DNA of 20,000 nt from an uncultured virus (IMG/VR IMGVR_UViG_3300030102_002720) (taxonomy: Duplodnaviria; Heunggongvirae; Uroviricota; Caudoviricetes): positions 48,439 to 68,438 of the IMG/VR virus record IMGVR_UViG_3300030102_002720; one strand, given 5' to 3'. This document shows, one piece after another, positions 17,740 to 20,000 of the stretch. The position numbers were made by a program, and so were the translations under genes. Each line of letters starts with the position of its first letter. Within the stretch, counting starts at the first letter, position 1. Under the pieces are notes generated by a model. That model saw nothing but the letters and a program-made list of their open reading frames with translations, had not been told where the DNA came from and searched no databases.

Positions 17740-18144
17740 ATGACAGACCATAGCTTTGAATTACAGAAAACTATTTTTAGTAAATTAAATACAGACACAA
17801 CTATAAAAAATACACTAAGTGCAACTGTTCATGACCATGTTCCACAAGGAACTGCTTTCCCTTATATTGTTATTGGTGAGGAAACAATGACAGATGATGA
17901 GTCAACTAAAGATATAGATTTTAATAATTTTACATTAACAATACATGTATTTTCAAGAAACAGAGGCAGAAAAGAAGCAAAAAATATCATGGCTAGGATT
18001 TATGAATTATTACACAGACAGTCTCTAAGTGTAACTGGAGCAACACATGTAAATACAAGGTTTGAGTTTAGTGATATTGTTAGAGAAGAAGATGGACTAA
18101 CATATCATGGAGTTCAAAGATTTAGAACTATACTTCATGACTAA
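17740..18144 (+). CDS. Tail completion/terminator protein (DUF3168-like)
   Basis: LQKTIFSKL..VHDHVP..FPYIVIG..LTIHVFSR..GRKEAK..YHGVQRFR; position before the tail tube gene. Confidence 0.85.
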   Translation: MTDHSFELQKTIFSKLNTDTTIKNTLSATVHDHVPQGTAFPYIVIGEETMTDDESTKDIDFNNFTLTIHVFSRNRGRKEAKNIMARIYELLHRQSLSVTGATHVNTRFEFSDIVREEDGLTYHGVQRFRTILHD

Positions 18145-18145
18145 A

Positions 18146-18231
18146 TTGTAATATATTTAGCTAAGAACTAAATTAACTGTGAACAGTTAAAGAATTAAAT
18201 TTAATTTAGGCATAAATTATCTATAAGGAGG
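18146..18231 (+). promoter_or_regulatory. Candidate promoter/operator region and strong RBS of the tail tube gene
   Basis: Largest intergenic gap in the window (94 nt): TTGTAA(18146-51)-17 nt-TAAATT(18169-74), inverted repeat TTAACTGT-GA-ACAGTTAA (18173-90), palindrome AATTAAATTTAATT (18193-206), SD AAGGAGG (18225-31). Confidence 0.4.
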
Positions 18232-18238
18232 ATATAAA

Positions 18239-18667
18239 ATGGCTGCACAAAAAGGAAGTGCGTTGCTACTTAAAGCAACACTTAGTGGAAGTTTAACCAC
18301 AATAGCTGGTTTGCGTTCCACTTCAATGTCAATCAATGGTGAAATGGTTGATGTTACTACTAAAGACTCTAATCCATTAGTTGCTGGAGGTGCTGATAAA
18401 GCAAGAGAAATACTTGAAGGTGGAGGTATAAGAAGTATGTCTATATCTGCATCTGGTGTATTTACTGATTCTGCTCTTGAAAACGATATAAGGATTAGTG
18501 CACAAAAAGGTCAGATACGTGAATATAAATTAGTATTTGGTGATGGTGATGACATTACTGGTAATTTTTTAATTACAAGTTATGAAAGAGCTGGTGAGTT
18601 TAATGGCGAAGAGACTTATTCAATGACACTTGAGTCTTCTGGTCAAGTTACTCATACATCAGCATAA
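18239..18667 (+). CDS. Major tail tube protein (TP901-1 / RcGTA-like)
   Basis: MAAQKGSALLLK..AGLRST..VDVTTKDS..SISASGVF..NGEETYSMTLESSG; strong SD. Confidence 0.92.
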   Translation: MAAQKGSALLLKATLSGSLTTIAGLRSTSMSINGEMVDVTTKDSNPLVAGGADKAREILEGGGIRSMSISASGVFTDSALENDIRISAQKGQIREYKLVFGDGDDITGNFLITSYERAGEFNGEETYSMTLESSGQVTHTSA

Positions 18668-18691
18668 TAACTTAAAAGAGAGGAGGTTATT

Positions 18692-18964
18692 ATGCCTTGG
18701 ACCAATATGGATATTTCTATTAATGGTGAAAAGATTAATGCTATGGCTAAAGTTATTTGGGAAAAAGGCACTGGCACAATCGAATTACCATTTGATGAAT
18801 CCAAAAAACTTGATGATAAAATTACAATAGATGGTAAAGATTTTACTGTAAGGAATATTGTATCTCGTCATAATGAGATAACATTATTAGATATAATTCA
18901 AGTAGAAGAGAAATCTAAAAAGAAAACAAAAGACAAAACATTAGTGGAGATAATTAGTGAATAA
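18692..18964 (+). CDS. Hypothetical protein
   Basis: 90 aa, strong SD GAGGAGGT upstream, overlaps the next start. Confidence 0.75.
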   Translation: MPWTNMDISINGEKINAMAKVIWEKGTGTIELPFDESKKLDDKITIDGKDFTVRNIVSRHNEITLLDIIQVEEKSKKKTKDKTLVEIISE

Positions 18965-19322
18965 GAATATTGAAGGAACTATGAGAATACATTTTGCTGG
19001 TAAGGAAAGAGATTTTAAATTAACATTTAGGAACTTAGCTAGTATAGAAGAAAGATTACAAAAACCAGTTATGCAAATAGTTAATGGATTTACAGCTGGT
19101 AATATAGGAGTAAGCAATGTTTCAGTTATATTACATGAAGCATTGCTTGGTGCTGGTGGAAAATATACTTACGAAGCAGTTGGTGATATGGTTTTGAAAC
19201 ATGGATTTAGTAATTGTTTAAGTATAGTTTCTGACATACTTTTAAAATCTATGGGATTAGACCAAGAGAATGAACAAAAACTCCCTTTGGAGTCAAACGA
19301 GAACGAAACAGAGAAAGATTAG
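18957..19322 (+). CDS. Tail assembly chaperone (lambda gpG-like; GTA gp10-type)
   Basis: GTG start after GGAG; FKLTFRNLASIEERL motif; located between tail tube and tape measure genes. Confidence 0.8.
   Translation: MNKNIEGTMRIHFAGKERDFKLTFRNLASIEERLQKPVMQIVNGFTAGNIGVSNVSVILHEALLGAGGKYTYEAVGDMVLKHGFSNCLSIVSDILLKSMGLDQENEQKLPLESNENETEKD
19283..19289 (+). other. Predicted -1 ribosomal frameshift slippery site C CCT TTG
   Basis: X XXY YYZ heptamer phased correctly on the chaperone frame; the -1 frame is open from 19274 to TAA 19517-19519. Confidence 0.7.
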
Positions 19323-19519
19323 AATTTTTACCAATAGATAGGTGGTATGGTATAGCAATTGGTATTATGCATGTAGCACCTAGTGAATTTTGGAATATGA
19401 CTTATCAGCAGTTTGAAACTGCTATAAGTTGTCATAACGAGTTTCACAGTGGTAATAAAAATAATAAACCTTTATCGAGGAATGAAATGGAAGATTTAAT
19501 GACTAGGTTTCCTGATTAA
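19283..19519 (+). CDS. gpT-like portion of the tail assembly chaperone (not in ORF track)
   Basis: Reads ...LPIDRWYGIAIGIMHVAPSEFWNMTYQQF..PLSRNEMEDLMTRFPD*, with P.EFW.MT and LM.RFPD chaperone motifs; the first in-frame ATG (19367) lacks a well-spaced SD. Confidence 0.8.
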   Translation, partial: PFGVKRERNRERLEFLPIDRWYGIAIGIMHVAPSEFWNMTYQQFETAISCHNEFHSGNKNNKPLSRNEMEDLMTRFPD

Positions 19520-19521
19520 CT

Positions 19522-20000
19522 ATGGCTACAGTCGGTGAATTAATAGTAAAGATTAGAGCTGATGTAAAAGAGCTAGAGTCTAAAATGGATCGTGCTAAAA
19601 ATAAAGTTAAGTCAGCACAGACTAACTTTAGAAAGCAGATGGGTTCAACAAACAAAGTCTCTAGTGAATTTCAAAAAAGGATGAGTAATGCTGCCACAGC
19701 AACAGCTGCATTACAAGGTCCATTAGGTCCAGTTGCTGGTCGTATGCGTTCATTTGGTGCATTAATGGGAAGTGCAGGGTTTGCTGCTGGTGCATTAATT
19801 TTAGCGATAACAGGTTTAGTTGCAGCATTTAAAGCACTTCAAGCAGCTGCGAGTCGTGCTGAACAAGCACAGAAAAAGTTTGAAGCATTAGTTCAAGCAA
19901 CAGGTATGGCTGCTGGTTTAACAGTTAGCCAACTAGAACTAATGGCAAGAGAGTTTGCAAGGAATACTTTATTTAGTGTTCAACAGATGAGAGATGCACA
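19522..20000 (+). CDS. Tail tape measure protein, 5' part (runs off the window)
   Basis: MATVGELIVKIRADVKELESKMDRA.. followed by Ala-rich helical sequence with a hydrophobic stretch; open to the window end; canonical position. Confidence 0.9.
   Translation, partial: MATVGELIVKIRADVKELESKMDRAKNKVKSAQTNFRKQMGSTNKVSSEFQKRMSNAATATAALQGPLGPVAGRMRSFGALMGSAGFAAGALILAITGLVAAFKALQAAASRAEQAQKKFEALVQATGMAAGLTVSQLELMAREFARNTLFSVQQMRDA

Larger units (their letters stand above)
1..20000 (+). mobile_element. Tailed bacteriophage (Caudoviricetes) virion morphogenesis region
   Basis: Unbroken co-directional, tightly packed ORFs including portal, head-tail joining, tail tube, chaperone, tape measure and fibre-like genes; no host housekeeping genes, integrase or att site visible. 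Confidence 0.95.

Noticed and set aside
746..17798. Minus-strand ORFs in the track (e.g. 746-946, 3842-4156, 10725-11135, 11199-11510, 13155-13460, 15382-15855)
   Set aside because: All are antisense shadows of well-supported + strand genes, with no recognisable motifs.
5725..18830. Alternate-frame + strand ORFs 5725-6036, 10239-10469 and 18630-18830
   Set aside because: Nested in or largely overlapping conserved genes, not repeated as intact equivalents in the paralogous cassettes where testable, and without motifs.
14087..20000. A bona fide gene transfer agent cluster
   Set aside because: Proteins are RcGTA-like, but there is an HK97 gp10 gene, a portal extension, no adjacent terminase, protease or capsid, and the flank is phage rather than host DNA.
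1..20000. tRNA, rRNA, CRISPR array, intrinsic terminator or stop-codon reassignment
   Set aside because: Almost no intergenic space, no regularly spaced repeats or GC stem plus U-tract seen, and TAA, TAG and TGA all end genes at sensible boundaries.

Overview
The whole window is low-GC tailed-phage DNA, densely coding on the + strand in the standard genetic code; a marine alphaproteobacterial (SAR11-like) host is plausible but inferred only. It has two parts. Left (1-14084): small basic proteins, a DUF1415-like gene, two short-tail-type adaptor-like genes, a probable fibre-base gene, and a ~10.3 kb array of three diverged copies of a three-gene cassette (Ig/IPT-like protein, LamG+SPRY-like protein, Gly/Asn-rich fibre-tip-like protein). 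One copy carries an inserted cupredoxin-like domain with a complete His/Cys/His/Met copper motif. Right (14087-20000): an HK97/RcGTA-like siphovirus module. It has a portal with two extra C-terminal domains and an internal RBS, then connector, closure, gp10, tail terminator, tail tube, a chaperone with a -1 slippery site and the start of the tape measure gene, with no terminase, protease or capsid at their usual positions. CpG content drops near the junction and there is a scaffold gap, so an assembly chimera must be excluded before the two morphogenesis modules are treated as one genome. All family names come from motif recognition, not database searches.
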